This document shows positions 1 through 9,932 of a DNA stretch of 64,000 nt, piece after piece. Source of the DNA: Verrucomicrobiota bacterium (GTDB lineage Bacteria; Verrucomicrobiota; Verrucomicrobiia; Limisphaerales; JADLHS01); NCBI GenBank assembly GCA_013140495.1, contig JABFSR010000014.1, forward strand, positions 3,880 through 67,879. The letters run 5' to 3'. The notes below the pieces were generated by a model. That model saw only the letters and a list, made by a program, of their open reading frames with translations. It had not been told where the DNA came from and ran no database searches. How positions within the stretch are numbered: position 1 is the stretch's first letter; the number at the start of each line of letters is the position of its first letter. The position numbers and the translations under genes are program-made.

Positions 1-2906
1 AAACGGTAATCGCCCGGCGGCACGTAATTGTAAAACGCCGCGCGCCGCGGGCCGGCCTCGACCCATTCCGCGTCCAAGCCTTCGAGTTGATAGCGGAAGC
101 GCAGGCGTTCAGGCACATCGAAGTTGATGCTCGTGTAGTGCAGTTCGATGCGATGCTTCCCCGCACCGATGCGCAACGGCGCGAGATTGGTCATCGGGAA
201 ACCACCACGCGCGATGGCGCTCCGGAAGCTGCCGACAGAAACGCCGTCCACAAGGATGTTTTCCAGGATGACGGCTGGCGCGGTGGTGTTGGTCGGCAAC
301 AACTCCGGGTTCACGGCGGCCACGCCCTTGAGCGTCGCGAACCACAACATGCCCGATTTTGTTTTCAGGCCGGACGGGAAGAACCCGGCTGAACATTCCT
401 CCGACGGCATTCCGTCGGCGCTGCCGTAGAGGTGCGGGAAGACGGAGTTGGGTTTGCCCGCCGCATCTGCGTTGAAGTCGCCTTTGCTCACGCACGCGAT
501 GCCGCGATGACCGCCGAGCCACAGTCGCCCGGCGTTGTCTTCCTGGATCTGCACGACCGTATTTTCCAACAACCCTTGCTGCGTGGTGAACGTGGTGATC
601 TGACCGTTGCGCCAGCGCGCCAGTCCGCCGCCTGCCGTGCCGATCCAGAGCGTGCCATCGGCATCGCGATGCAAGGTGCGGATGCTGTCGCTGGCGAGTC
701 CGTTGGTCCGGCTGAAATGCGCGCGCCCCGATTTGTTCCAACGAAACAAGCCACTGCCGTCCGTGCCGACCCACAGCGAACCGTCCTGCTCCGCAACGAG
801 CGCTGTGATGCCGTTGCTCGAAGGAAATTGTGCCGCGCGCGTCCATTGGCCGCGGGCCAGTTGCCACAGATCGCTCTCGCGGCTGCCCGCCCAGATGGAA
901 TGATCGTTACCCTCGGCCAACGCGGTGAGGCTGACGCCGTTCAGTTCCAGCAAACGACTTTCGTCCGCCACCGCCTGCGGATCGCGAAAGAGCAGCAGCC
1001 CGTTCGTGCTCGCGACCCAGCAACTACCATCGCGCGTCACGAGCATGGCGCCGAGCTTGGGATCGCGCGGGGACAACCCCGCTGCAGTCAGGCGACTGAA
1101 CGTCCGACCGTCCCAGCGATAGAGGCCGTCGTTCGCTTTGACCGCCCACACCACGCCGGGCGTCACTTCGGCCAGGCCTTGCACCGCGCCGAAGCCGAGA
1201 CCTTCGTTCTGGCCAATGGCGAAAAGCTGGTCACGGCGCAACCGGCTCAGTCCCGAATCGCGTCCGATCCACAAGTAGCCGTCGCGATCGGTGAACAGGG
1301 CGGTGACGCGATTGTCGAGCAGTCCGGCACTGGCGTTGATGGCGCTGAGTTTGCCTTGCTTGAACTGGAACAAACCTTCGCTCGTCGAGCCGGCCCAGAC
1401 CGAGCCGTCGGGTTGCTCGGCCAGGGAACTCACGAAAGGCATCGCTGAATGACGCGGAATCCGGAAGCGCCGCCACTGCCCGCTTTCCCAGCACAAAACA
1501 AAATCCTCACCCGCACCGACCCAGATGCGTTCGCTGCGGTCCAGCAGCAAGCAGTGTGGCTGGCGCAACAATACCTCCATTTCCGGATCGGTGACCGCAG
1601 TCAGCGCCCCGCCGCGAAAGCGGAAGATGCCCACGCCACCCACGCCGATCCACATCGCGCCCGAAGTGTCGCGACACAGCGCCGTGATGTGGGCATCGCG
1701 CAAGGTTTCATCGCCGCCCAGCGCGAAGATTTTTCCATCCTGCCAGAGCCGCAGGCCGAGTTCGGTGCCGATCCAGACGCGACCGTTGTTATCCTCGGCC
1801 AGCGCGGTGATGCTGTTCGTCGGCAAACCGTCGCCAGCGTTGAGGGAAACAAACGCATCCTTCACCCAACGCAGCAAGCCGCCGCCGCTCGTGCCGATCC
1901 AGAGCGCGCCGTAGGAATCACCGAGCAACGTGCGCACGCCATTGCCGCCGGCGACCGCGCCGAGGTCCAGGTTGACGAAGCGGACGCCGTCGAAGCGCGC
2001 CAGCCCGTCGTCGCCACCGAGCCAGAGGTAGCCGTCGCGCGTCTGGGCCAGCGCGCGGATGGCGCTGCGGGGCATGCCGGTCTCGCGTTGCCACGATTGG
2101 AAGCTCTGGCGTTGGGCGCTGAAATTGTTGTCGGAGGCGGGCGCCGCCGGTTTGGCGCTGCTCGTGTCTACGAAATCGGCGAACGACGTCGCGATGGCCA
2201 GCCCGCTGAAGATCCAGCCCGTGCCGTTGCCGCCGTGGCGCAAACGGAGTTCGTCAAAGGACGCATTCGCACTGAACCGCGTGGTGAGCGCGTCGGCTTG
2301 ATAGACTTCATTCGCGCCAGGACTGAGATCGGGATTCAGCCACACCGTCACGAGGTCATCGCCGCCGGGGACGTATTGCACCTTGAAAACGATCGTCCGC
2401 TCCACCCCGCGCCGCGGAAACTCGTAGCTGGAGGTCGCGCCAGAAGCGGATTGATCCAGCACGGACGAATGCAGGTCGAGGTAATCCGGGGCCGGGCCGG
2501 ACTCGGGTTGCCGGGCTTGCTCGAAGAACGCGCTGTAGGCCCAGGCCTTGAGCGCGTTGCCGATGCCGAGGCGTTCCACTTCGCCTTCGTACAGTTCAAA
2601 AGCGGCGAAGTATTCCTCGGTGGTGGAATCGGACTGCGGATCAACATGGAACTTGAAATACAACGTGTCGTTCGCGGCATCGTCGCGCTTCACCGCGCCT
2701 TCGAGGATGTCGCGCCCGGCGCTGTTCTCGAAGATCAACATGGAGCTGGGATCGCTCCACAGAATCACCGCCAGCGACTGGTTTGACCACGCGAGCAGCA
2801 GGAGCAGCGTGAGTTGGAGATAAAAGCCGCGCGTTCGCCAGCGTGGTTGACACCTGGTTGAGTCAGGCAGCAATCCCGACTGGCGAGCGGCGAGTTCGGA
2901 AAGCAT
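1..2906 (-). CDS. Sensor protein with two-component-regulator beta-propeller repeats and a Y_Y_Y domain; 3' end cut by the window edge (probably a hybrid sensor kinase/regulator)
   Basis: Absent from the ORF track because no stop codon lies inside the window. Manual reverse-complement translation from the ATG (cat at 2904-2906) stays open to position 1. N-terminus is MLSELAARQSGLLPDSTRCQPRWRTRGFYLQLTLLLLLAWSNQSLA (signal/TM). Repeated propeller blades follow, e.g. DGLPTNSITALAEDNNGRVWIGTELGLRLW (about 1770-1859). The window-edge end reads DVPERLRFRYQLEGLDAEWVEAGPRRAAFYNYVPPGDYRF (Y_Y_Y type). Frame checked at 1859 and 119 relative to 2906. The + strand ORFs 432..1448 and 1449..2786 are R/A/G-rich shadows. 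Confidence 0.8.
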   Translation of the reverse strand, partial: MLSELAARQSGLLPDSTRCQPRWRTRGFYLQLTLLLLLAWSNQSLAVILWSDPSSMLIFENSAGRDILEGAVKRDDAANDTLYFKFHVDPQSDSTTEEYFAAFELYEGEVERLGIGNALKAWAYSAFFEQARQPESGPAPDYLDLHSSVLDQSASGATSSYEFPRRGVERTIVFKVQYVPGGDDLVTVWLNPDLSPGANEVYQADALTTRFSANASFDELRLRHGGNGTGWIFSGLAIATSFADFVDTSSAKPAAPASDNNFSAQRQSFQSWQRETGMPRSAIRALAQTRDGYLWLGGDDGLARFDGVRFVNLDLGAVAGGNGVRTLLGDSYGALWIGTSGGGLLRWVKDAFVSLNAGDGLPTNSITALAEDNNGRVWIGTELGLRLWQDGKIFALGGDETLRDAHITALCRDTSGAMWIGVGGVGIFRFRGGALTAVTDPEMEVLLRQPHCLLLDRSERIWVGAGEDFVLCWESGQWRRFRIPRHSAMPFVSSLAEQPDGSVWAGSTSEGLFQFKQGKLSAINASAGLLDNRVTALFTDRDGYLWIGRDSGLSRLRRDQLFAIGQNEGLGFGAVQGLAEVTPGVVWAVKANDGLYRWDGRTFSRLTAAGLSPRDPKLGAMLVTRDGSCWVASTNGLLLFRDPQAVADESRLLELNGVSLTALAEGNDHSIWAGSRESDLWQLARGQWTRAAQFPSSNGITALVAEQDGSLWVGTDGSGLFRWNKSGRAHFSRTNGLASDSIRTLHRDADGTLWIGTAGGGLARWRNGQITTFTTQQGLLENTVVQIQEDNAGRLWLGGHRGIACVSKGDFNADAAGKPNSVFPHLYGSADGMPSEECSAGFFPSGLKTKSGMLWFATLKGVAAVNPELLPTNTTAPAVILENILVDGVSVGSFRSAIARGGFPMTNLAPLRIGAGKHRIELHYTSINFDVPERLRFRYQLEGLDAEWVEAGPRRAAFYNYVPPGDYR

Positions 2907-3003
2907 GGCGTGCGACCGGATTTTATGTCGTTGTCGTCCCCGGATACAAGCCGACATTCCGTTCCGGTCCATTCGCACGCCGAAATGTTTCACCCATCAG
3001 CGT

Positions 3004-4479
3004 TCATGGTTGCGTCGTGCGGACCTTGAAGAACGCCGGCGGGCCTTGCGGCGGAATGGGGGTCGTAAAGTTCATCGTGTTCGTGCCGCTTGGCAGCACG
3101 CTGGCGGTCTGCCAGGCGGCGGCGAGATTTGACGTGGTCTGGATCTCCGCGCCATTGGGCGACACAAAACCGCCCACGGTGAAGCCGAGGTTGTTGTTGT
3201 TCATCGCGAGGTTGTAGATAACCGGTTGCTTCGATTCAAGCCCGGTCAACTGCAGGTTCGCCACGCTGAGATTGCCGGCCACGATGTTGATGAACGTGCG
3301 GTTCAGCTCCGCGTTGACGATGGCGTTGCCGGTGTATTGGCGACGTAGGTTATAGAGGCGCAAGGGCAGGGCGAGGTCGTTGGTGGTGTTGGCAAAGTTC
3401 GAGTCGAAATATTGCCGCCGGTAATCCTGCACGACCGCGAGATCGCGAAAGCCGAATTCCACAGTCGGTTCGATGACCGTGCCTTCGCCGTAATCGTTCC
3501 ACGTGACGAGCTGGATCATGGCGGCATTATTCGTGATGGCTCGTTTCAACAGCGAACGGAAGGTCTGTCCGCTGGCATCGTCCAAAGCTCCGTAGGTGAA
3601 ACCAAGTCCTGCCTGCTGATAAATATCTTTGAAGCGAGGGAATGCGCTGCTGATGAACGCCGGCCACGATGCGGCGTTGTTCTGGAAGGTCGTCAGGTAA
3701 TTGTAGAGCGAGTTCGAGCTGAGCACGCCGCCGCTGGACAGATACATGGGTGGCCAGTTGTAAGCACCCGTCGCGACCGGGAAGCGCTGATCCTCACTGA
3801 AGAAGGCGGGTTGATTGCTCAGCGCCGAAAAGATGCTGACCCACTGGGAATTGTTCTGGAAGTAAACCGCGCCGAAATTCAGCAGCACCGGTTTGTTGCT
3901 GAGCTGCAGATAATTCGCGGAGTTGAAATAGTTCGTCTGCGCGTAACGCATCGTCTGCTGTGCGTTGGCGATGGCGTTGGCCGCGGTGATGTAGCCGCCG
4001 TTGATTTTTTCCTGCACGGTGCGGTCTTCGTAGCAGAGGACGAATTTCAATCCGGCGCGGCGCGTGGAATCGAGCAGCGCCAGCGTGCGTTGATTGATCA
4101 ATCCATAATCAGCGTAGTTGTCCTGCCCATACCAGTCCGCCACCACGCCATCAATGCCCGCCAGCTTCATCAGCAGGACGTGATATTCCAGCACGACCGG
4201 GTCAGCGGAATCATACGGGCCGATCTGCGGATAATACCACGAAGCGATGTTGCGCTGGCCGAGTGCGTTTGTGGTGTCGGGGTTGTAATGGTTCATCGTC
4301 CAATGCCAGCCCCACACGCCGCTGTACGGCTTGGTGAGATACCACGGCATGTAGTGGACGAGAATGGGCTTGGATTGAGCCGGTGCTGCGACTGTGGAAA
4401 GGAAACAGCCCGCGAGCAAAGCAACGAACCAGCCGCAAACTTTCCGCCGCCGGCTAAATAATTGGATACAACGTTTCAT
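3004..4479 (-). CDS. Secreted glycoside hydrolase, GH99/GH71-like TIM-barrel, with a C-terminal beta-sandwich tail
   Basis: ORF 3004..4629 trimmed to the internal ATG at 4479, which gives the signal peptide MKRCIQLFSRRRKVCGWFVALLAGCFLSTVAAPAQS. Motifs ILVHYMPWY, WGWHW, IASWYYPQIGPYDSADP and AGIDGVVADWYG resemble GH99-type enzymes (family call from memory). The start shares 1 nt with the TGA of the upstream GH97 gene (TGATG on the coding strand, 4477-4481). C-terminus ends PPAFFKVRTTQP. Confidence 0.6.
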   Translation of the reverse strand: MKRCIQLFSRRRKVCGWFVALLAGCFLSTVAAPAQSKPILVHYMPWYLTKPYSGVWGWHWTMNHYNPDTTNALGQRNIASWYYPQIGPYDSADPVVLEYHVLLMKLAGIDGVVADWYGQDNYADYGLINQRTLALLDSTRRAGLKFVLCYEDRTVQEKINGGYITAANAIANAQQTMRYAQTNYFNSANYLQLSNKPVLLNFGAVYFQNNSQWVSIFSALSNQPAFFSEDQRFPVATGAYNWPPMYLSSGGVLSSNSLYNYLTTFQNNAASWPAFISSAFPRFKDIYQQAGLGFTYGALDDASGQTFRSLLKRAITNNAAMIQLVTWNDYGEGTVIEPTVEFGFRDLAVVQDYRRQYFDSNFANTTNDLALPLRLYNLRRQYTGNAIVNAELNRTFINIVAGNLSVANLQLTGLESKQPVIYNLAMNNNNLGFTVGGFVSPNGAEIQTTSNLAAAWQTASVLPSGTNTMNFTTPIPPQGPPAFFKVRTTQP

Positions 4480-6674
4480 CAGCGAGCATTGGTGGCGAGT
4501 TCGTCTTGTTTGGTGGCCTGGCGCAAACGGATGGCTGCGCCGCCGCCGGGTGCGAGCGCCACGGTGAGTTGCGAATCGCTGGTCACGGCCCGTTTCTCGA
4601 TGGCGTGCGCATACGGATTGGATTTCCAATCGGCGTCATCCGCGTCGCGATAAATCTCCGCGATGTATTTTTGTTTCTTCGGCAGAAAGTTCAGCGCGAG
4701 ATCGAAGCTGCGTTTCTTTTCGTCGGTGATGCTGCCGATGAACCAGTCCTCGCTGCCGCGCTGCTTGCGGGCGATGGTGACAAACTCACCGAGCGCGCCG
4801 TTCAGCATGCGCGTCTCCTCCCAATCCGTCGGCACGTCCTTGATGAACTGGAGCAGGTCGGGATGCTTCTCGTAGTTCTCGATCAGGTCGGCGGCCATCT
4901 GCAACGGGCTGTAAAAGGTCACGTACATCGCGAGCTGTTTGGCGACGGTGGTGTTGACGCGATTCTTTTTTCGGAACTCGGGAAATGTCACCTGTAACAC
5001 GCCGGGCGTGAAATCCATCGGACCGCTGAGGAAGCGCGTGAAGACGAGGTTCACGTCGTGCGCGGGAGGATTGCCGCCGTCCGGTGCCCACGCATTGTAT
5101 TCCTGACCGCGCGAACCTTCCCGAGTCATCATGTTCGGCCACGTACGCCGTTCGCCGGTGTCTTTGATGGGTTCATGCACATCAATCATGACGTGATGCT
5201 TGGCGGCCAGCGCCGTGATCTTGCGGTAATGGCGGACCATGTATTGTCCATCGAGATATTCCGCGCCGATCAACTTGCCGTTCGCATCGTAACGATTCAC
5301 GCGTGGTTCCATGCCGACGTAACCGGTCTTGAGATGGCGGATGCCGAGTTTTTCCATTTGAGCAAAGGCGGCCTCGGCTTGAGCTTCGTAGTTTGTGATG
5401 ATCGAACCGGTTTCGTGATGCGAAATGAGGTCCACCCCTTTGTCGTGCGCGTAAGCGGCGAGGCTGGCCAGATCAAACTCCGCGTTTGGTTCGGTGAAAC
5501 TGAATTCGGCAGCGTGCGCGACCCAATCTGCGGCCCACCCTTTGTTCCAACCTTCGACCAGCACGCCGTCGAATCCGTTCTTGGCCGCGAAATCAATGTA
5601 AGCCCAGGTGTTTTTCGTGGTCGCGCCGAGCCCATCGGTGCTGCTTTCGCCGGGCTTGCTCGGATTCCAAGTGTGTTTGCCGAGGTGCATGCCCCACCAA
5701 ATGCCGACGTATTTGCCGGGCTTGATCCACGAGGTGTCCGCGATGCGCGAGGGCGGATTCAGATTCAACGCGGTCAACGTTGTGCGCTCGCCGATGTCGG
5801 ACAATTTGTCGCTGATCATCACGAAGCGCCACGGCGATACAGTCGGCGCACTGGCTCTGATGCGAACCCCATCCGACCACGGGGTTAGAAAGCTTTTCAG
5901 CGTGTGGTTGTCGCGCGGTTGAAGTTGCATCGCCGCGAAGTCCGTCAGATCGGCTTCGTGGATGACGAGATAAACGCCGTCGTCAGTCTGCATCGTGAGC
6001 GGAGTGGTGGCGGCTTTGACGGGTTCTTTCTTCGGATTGTCGCCAAAGGATTCATCGCCTTGAGGCAGCCGGGTCTGGCGCAGCAATTCACTCAAGCGCG
6101 TCCGGGCGTAAAGCTGTTCCGTCTGCTGGGGACGAAGAGCCGGTTGCCAAAGCGTCATGGGATCAGAGGCGAGACGAAACTCCGTGCGTTCATCCATGAT
6201 CTCGAAGTCTTTCAGCCCGGCTTGCTCGGGCCATTCATAACGAAAGGCGATGGCGTGGTCGAACACGCGGAAGACCACGCGCAATTTTCGTTTCGGCTCG
6301 GTGGTCTGCTGCAAGGTGACAGTCAGTTCGTTGTAATGATTGCGGACCAGTCGTTGCTCGCCCCAGGGTTGCGTCCAGGTTTCGTCGAATGCCGAAGTCT
6401 TGGCGTCGAGCAGGGTGAACTCACTCTTCAGCGCGCCATCCTTCAAATCAAAGCCGAGCGCCGAAGGCAAGATCAGTGGGCGGCCCCTGAAGTTGACCAG
6501 ATAGGAAGGCTTGCCTTCGTTCAGGTTAAAGATCGCCGTGATGCGCTGGTCCGGCGAGGCAATGGATTTTAGATTGCGAGACTCTTGTTCCGCTCCTGAA
6601 AGGGATGCGGCCGGGCCGACCGCCAGCAAACCGGCGATGGCCACGGCGTTCAAGAGCGAGTAGCGAATTCTCAT
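4479..6674 (-). CDS. Glycoside hydrolase family 97 (alpha-glucosidase/alpha-galactosidase type), secreted
   Basis: ORF 4479..6749 trimmed to the ATG at 6674, giving MRIRYSLLNAVAIAGLLAVGPAASLSGA (signal). The N-terminal domain SPDQRITAIFNLNEGKPSYLVNFRGRPLILPSALGF and the segment SWIKPGKYVGIWW are typical of SusB-like GH97. Length is about 730 aa. Confidence 0.75.
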   Translation of the reverse strand: MRIRYSLLNAVAIAGLLAVGPAASLSGAEQESRNLKSIASPDQRITAIFNLNEGKPSYLVNFRGRPLILPSALGFDLKDGALKSEFTLLDAKTSAFDETWTQPWGEQRLVRNHYNELTVTLQQTTEPKRKLRVVFRVFDHAIAFRYEWPEQAGLKDFEIMDERTEFRLASDPMTLWQPALRPQQTEQLYARTRLSELLRQTRLPQGDESFGDNPKKEPVKAATTPLTMQTDDGVYLVIHEADLTDFAAMQLQPRDNHTLKSFLTPWSDGVRIRASAPTVSPWRFVMISDKLSDIGERTTLTALNLNPPSRIADTSWIKPGKYVGIWWGMHLGKHTWNPSKPGESSTDGLGATTKNTWAYIDFAAKNGFDGVLVEGWNKGWAADWVAHAAEFSFTEPNAEFDLASLAAYAHDKGVDLISHHETGSIITNYEAQAEAAFAQMEKLGIRHLKTGYVGMEPRVNRYDANGKLIGAEYLDGQYMVRHYRKITALAAKHHVMIDVHEPIKDTGERRTWPNMMTREGSRGQEYNAWAPDGGNPPAHDVNLVFTRFLSGPMDFTPGVLQVTFPEFRKKNRVNTTVAKQLAMYVTFYSPLQMAADLIENYEKHPDLLQFIKDVPTDWEETRMLNGALGEFVTIARKQRGSEDWFIGSITDEKKRSFDLALNFLPKKQKYIAEIYRDADDADWKSNPYAHAIEKRAVTSDSQLTVALAPGGGAAIRLRQATKQDELATNAR

Positions 6675-6717
6675 AAACTGGACCACTGAACCCCTTGTTG
6701 TGCGCGGGCTGGCGTGG

Positions 6718-7638
6718 TTAAAACCCGCCCGACCATTGTTGGGCATCAAGCGTCTTGCTGCTGATGGACGCGTCGGACATCACGCTGCCCACCGGCGTGG
6801 ACGGCGAGGTCTTGAGCGCCACGCCGGGAGTGAACACGCCATAGAATTGTCCCCACGTCAGGCTGCTGGGAGCGGACGGGGCCGCGTGACCATCCACGTA
6901 AACGACGTTCACCCTGTTGTTGTGCTTGGCATAAGCGGTCTGGAGGCGGGCATTCTCCGAATTGACACCTTGCGTCGGACCGGACGAACCGGCCCAGAAT
7001 GAATCGAGCCACGCGGCGGCGGGAGTGTTGTTCGGATCGTTCGAGCCGCTGGTGTCAGAGACGGCGACCATTTCCGAGGGGTGGGCCGAGTTGACCGACT
7101 TGAAGGGTTTAGCGTTGATCATGTTTCCATCGTTTGGGTTCACCGAGCCGAACACGCCACACGAATTGAAGCCATAGGACAGGAAGCCGGTGACGCTTGG
7201 ATCCCATTCGCCCGGCGCGGTCGTGTAAGTCAGACCACGTTTGCGTTTGGGGCAAACCCAGATGCGATTGTTCGACATGTATCCCGCCAGCATGGGGGCG
7301 GGCGTATTGGGCGTGATCTTGTCGCGCAACAACCATTCGCCACCGCAGATGAGGTTCTGCGCATTTTTATACGGTCCCGGCACCCACCAGTTCGGTGGCG
7401 AGGGGAAGAAGTCGTTGTTGTCCCCGGCATACATGAAAACCCCGAGACTAATCTGTTTGGTGTTGCTGAGGCAGGCGGTGGCGAGTGCTTTGTCCTTCGC
7501 TTTGCTCAACGCCGGCAGCAACATCGCAGCAAGGATGGCGATGATTGCGATGACCACCAACAGCTCAATCAAAGTGAACGCAGCGTTGGGAGAGGTCGGC
7601 TTCGAGGCGGATTTCATGATGCGGAACAATGGATTCAA
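6718..7638 (-). CDS. Prepilin-type N-terminal cleavage/methylation domain protein (DUF1559 / H-X9-DG family pseudopilin-like)
   Basis: N-terminus [33 protein letters not shown]-terminal region [13 protein letters not shown] matches H-X9-DG. An alternative start MKSASKP lies at 7617. Confidence 0.8.
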   Translation of the reverse strand: MNPLFRIMKSASKPTSPNAAFTLIELLVVIAIIAILAAMLLPALSKAKDKALATACLSNTKQISLGVFMYAGDNNDFFPSPPNWWVPGPYKNAQNLICGGEWLLRDKITPNTPAPMLAGYMSNNRIWVCPKRKRGLTYTTAPGEWDPSVTGFLSYGFNSCGVFGSVNPNDGNMINAKPFKSVNSAHPSEMVAVSDTSGSNDPNNTPAAAWLDSFWAGSSGPTQGVNSENARLQTAYAKHNNRVNVVYVDGHAAPSAPSSLTWGQFYGVFTPGVALKTSPSTPVGSVMSDASISSKTLDAQQWSGGF

Positions 7639-7656
7639 AGTGATGACAAGTGGTGA

Positions 7657-9054
7657 TTATGGTTTCACCAAGCGATAGAAGACCGCCGGATTGGCCGGAT
7701 TGATCGTCGTGATGTACGGGCTGACGGTGCCACTGCCGGTCGGCGACCAAGTCGCGCCAATGCCGCTGCTGTTGGTCTGGGCAATGACGCGGTAGCCCGT
7801 GTAGGTGCCGCTGTCCCAAGAGAGCGTCAGCGTCTGGCCGTTCACAGTATAGGTGAGTGTGGGTGAGCCGCTGGGGCCACCGACAACAGCAATCGAGCCG
7901 CCGGCGATCAGATTGTCCGCCCAACTCAAACCACCTGCCAATGTCGGAAAACTGGTCGTGACGAATGAACCATCATAGTTCGTCGCGTTGAAAAATTTGT
8001 AGCTGTTGCCAGCGATAGGAGCCGCGCCGGTGTTGATGACGTTCAATGCGCCGTCGTAGTAGAGCGTCAACGGATTGGTCGGATACGATTGCAACGTGAG
8101 TTGATTTGTTCGCGCCAGATCGAAGATCAACGTGCCGGTCAGCGTGGGCGTGTTGGTGGTGAGCGTGATGCTCGCGCGGACTTCATACGTGCCGCTCACG
8201 GTGATGGTCGGGAGCTTGAGCGCGTTGCCAGTAATGATGCCGTTGCCCTTGAAATCAATGCTGCCGTAGCCTTTGCCAGCGATGAGGCCCAAGTTCGTCA
8301 GGCTGCCACCGAGCGCCCATTGCGTGACGTCGGAGACATTCCAAGCCAGGGCGCTCGATCCGACAGTCATGCTGCCGGTGAAGTAATTCGAGCCGAGCGC
8401 GCCATCAAGGTCCACGAGCAACGCGCGCAAACCAGTGATGGTGGTATTGCCTCCAACCGTCAGGTAGAACGATGAGGTGTCCCACTTGTTCGTCGCGCCG
8501 AGGATGGACAGGTTACCACCAATTGTGATATCCGCGCCTTGTTGCACGGCGACATTCGTGCCGCTGATAAGCAGATTGCCGGCAATGTTCATCGGCACTG
8601 CTCCAGAACCGGGAATGGCTCCGTTGTAGAAGTCGCCCGCGCCGCTGAAGGTCAGGTGGTAGTAGTCCGTGCGCTTGGCCCAGAAAGAATTGCCGTGATA
8701 ATTCACGGTGCAACCGGTGGCCGTGGCATTGAGTGTCGCCAGTTGTTGCGCGCCTTGGGCTCCCACGGTGTCGCCAAGGATGTCGAGCGTCACATTGGGC
8801 GCGAGCGTCACCGTGCCGCTGCCGTAGAGGTAGGCACAGGTGGTGTCGGCGTCCACGGTGATCACGAAGGGGGCTTCCACGTCCACGCTGTCGTTTGTGC
8901 CGGGCACGATGCCGCCGGGCCACGGGGCGTCAGGAACTGTGGAAGACCAGTTGCCGCTACCAGTGGCGGTGATGTCGGCAGCGCGACTCGGTGAGAGGAA
9001 CAGCAAGGTGGCCAAGACGGCGAGGGTAATCCCGATGGGGTGGTTGATTTTCAT
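7657..9054 (-). CDS. Secreted Gly/Thr-rich beta-helix-like repeat protein of unknown function with a C-terminal FYRL tail domain
   Basis: Signal peptide MKINHPIGITLAVLATLLFLSPSRAADI. Low-complexity G/T/N/S-rich repeats. C-terminus LTLSWDSGTYTGYRVIAQTNSSGIGATW...PAVFYRLVKP. Confidence 0.6.
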   Translation of the reverse strand: MKINHPIGITLAVLATLLFLSPSRAADITATGSGNWSSTVPDAPWPGGIVPGTNDSVDVEAPFVITVDADTTCAYLYGSGTVTLAPNVTLDILGDTVGAQGAQQLATLNATATGCTVNYHGNSFWAKRTDYYHLTFSGAGDFYNGAIPGSGAVPMNIAGNLLISGTNVAVQQGADITIGGNLSILGATNKWDTSSFYLTVGGNTTITGLRALLVDLDGALGSNYFTGSMTVGSSALAWNVSDVTQWALGGSLTNLGLIAGKGYGSIDFKGNGIITGNALKLPTITVSGTYEVRASITLTTNTPTLTGTLIFDLARTNQLTLQSYPTNPLTLYYDGALNVINTGAAPIAGNSYKFFNATNYDGSFVTTSFPTLAGGLSWADNLIAGGSIAVVGGPSGSPTLTYTVNGQTLTLSWDSGTYTGYRVIAQTNSSGIGATWSPTGSGTVSPYITTINPANPAVFYRLVKP

Positions 9055-9096
9055 GAGGTGGCAGGAAACGAAGGGTTGGTCGGTTGGGTGGTGAAA

Positions 9097-9126
9097 CTGC
9101 TCCGCGATGGTTGATTCGCGGAGCAG
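9097..9126 (-). terminator. Hairpin between the PEP-CTERM gene and the next operon (weak terminator candidate)
   Basis: ctgctccgcga (9097-9107) pairs perfectly with tcgcggagcag (9116-9126). On the minus strand only a short T-run (tttcacc) follows. Confidence 0.35.
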
Positions 9127-9154
9127 CGGTGATGCGAATCGGGGGCGTCGTCGC

Positions 9155-9853
9155 TTAATTGTTCTTCATCCGGCGACGCAAGGCAGCCAAGCCAATCGAA
9201 CCGAGGCTTATTAGCGCCAGCGCGGACGGTTCGGGCACGGGTGTGAGCAGCGCGAGGCTGTGATAAGTGATGTCATAAGGTGCCCCGCCGCCGAATTCAG
9301 CCGGGTCGAGTTCGAGGTTGAATGCCGTGATCATCGTTGTGTCCAGCGGCAGACCGCCGAATTGATCATTGAGAGAGCCGGTCAACGTATAAGTTCCCGG
9401 TCCGACGTACGGGCCATAACTCAGAAAGCCCGCGCCGGCGTTGTCAGCGGTCAAATGCACCATGTGTGAGCCGTCGGAGATGTCGAGGTTCGGCCCGAAC
9501 CAGAATCCGGAGGAGTCGCCATGAACCATGGTGTGGTTAATGGTGAACGTGAACAGAAACTTGGTCGCGCCGGGCAGGTTGAGCGGCGTGGTGAAATCAT
9601 ACGCACCGCTGCCATAGCCCTGAGCTTGCACGCGATAGCTGGTTGGGCCGGAGGTGATGATGGGCGCAAAGCCGCTGCCGCCATTCAAAATATCCGCGCC
9701 GTCCGGATTCCAATTCGCATACGTGGCGGTGAGGTTGAAGTTGTGAAAATCGCTGAGGACGTTCGTCGTGAATTGCGCCTGGGCGACGCCAGCGACCAGC
9801 AAGCTGGCGGCGAAGGCCAGCGTATGTTTGAACCATGATTTGGGTTTTTTCAT
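9155..9853 (-). CDS. PEP-CTERM sorting-domain protein
   Basis: ORF trimmed to the ATG at 9853, giving MKKPKSWFKHTLAFAASLLVAGVAQAQ (signal). C-terminus TPVPEPSALALISLGSIGLAALRRRMKNN is VPEP + TM + basic tail. Confidence 0.75.
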   Translation of the reverse strand: MKKPKSWFKHTLAFAASLLVAGVAQAQFTTNVLSDFHNFNLTATYANWNPDGADILNGGSGFAPIITSGPTSYRVQAQGYGSGAYDFTTPLNLPGATKFLFTFTINHTMVHGDSSGFWFGPNLDISDGSHMVHLTADNAGAGFLSYGPYVGPGTYTLTGSLNDQFGGLPLDTTMITAFNLELDPAEFGGGAPYDITYHSLALLTPVPEPSALALISLGSIGLAALRRRMKNN

Positions 9854-9932
9854 AAGTATGTGCTCCGAATTGAACACGACTGACGGCTTTAATGTTGGTT
9901 TGGTTGCGTCAGGCATGTGCATGAAGATGAGC

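Noticed and set aside
432-2786. Two long + strand ORFs (432..1448, 338 aa; 1449..2786, 445 aa) plus several shorter ones
   Set aside because: Their translations are R/A/G/P-rich with no motifs. They lie antisense to a continuous minus-strand frame that encodes clear propeller and Y_Y_Y repeats. They are typical GC-rich shadow ORFs.
3412-4461. 349-aa + strand ORF
   Set aside because: Antisense to the GH99/71-like gene, which has a signal peptide and conserved glycosidase motifs. The + strand translation is low-complexity.
4479-6749. N-terminal extensions given in the track for several ORFs (4629, 6749, 9994, 12331, 12722, 16997, 23034, 50010, 56764, 62125 starts)
   Set aside because: The extensions overlap upstream genes or lack signal peptides. 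Internal starts yield canonical signal peptides or lipoboxes, or give tight stop-start coupling.
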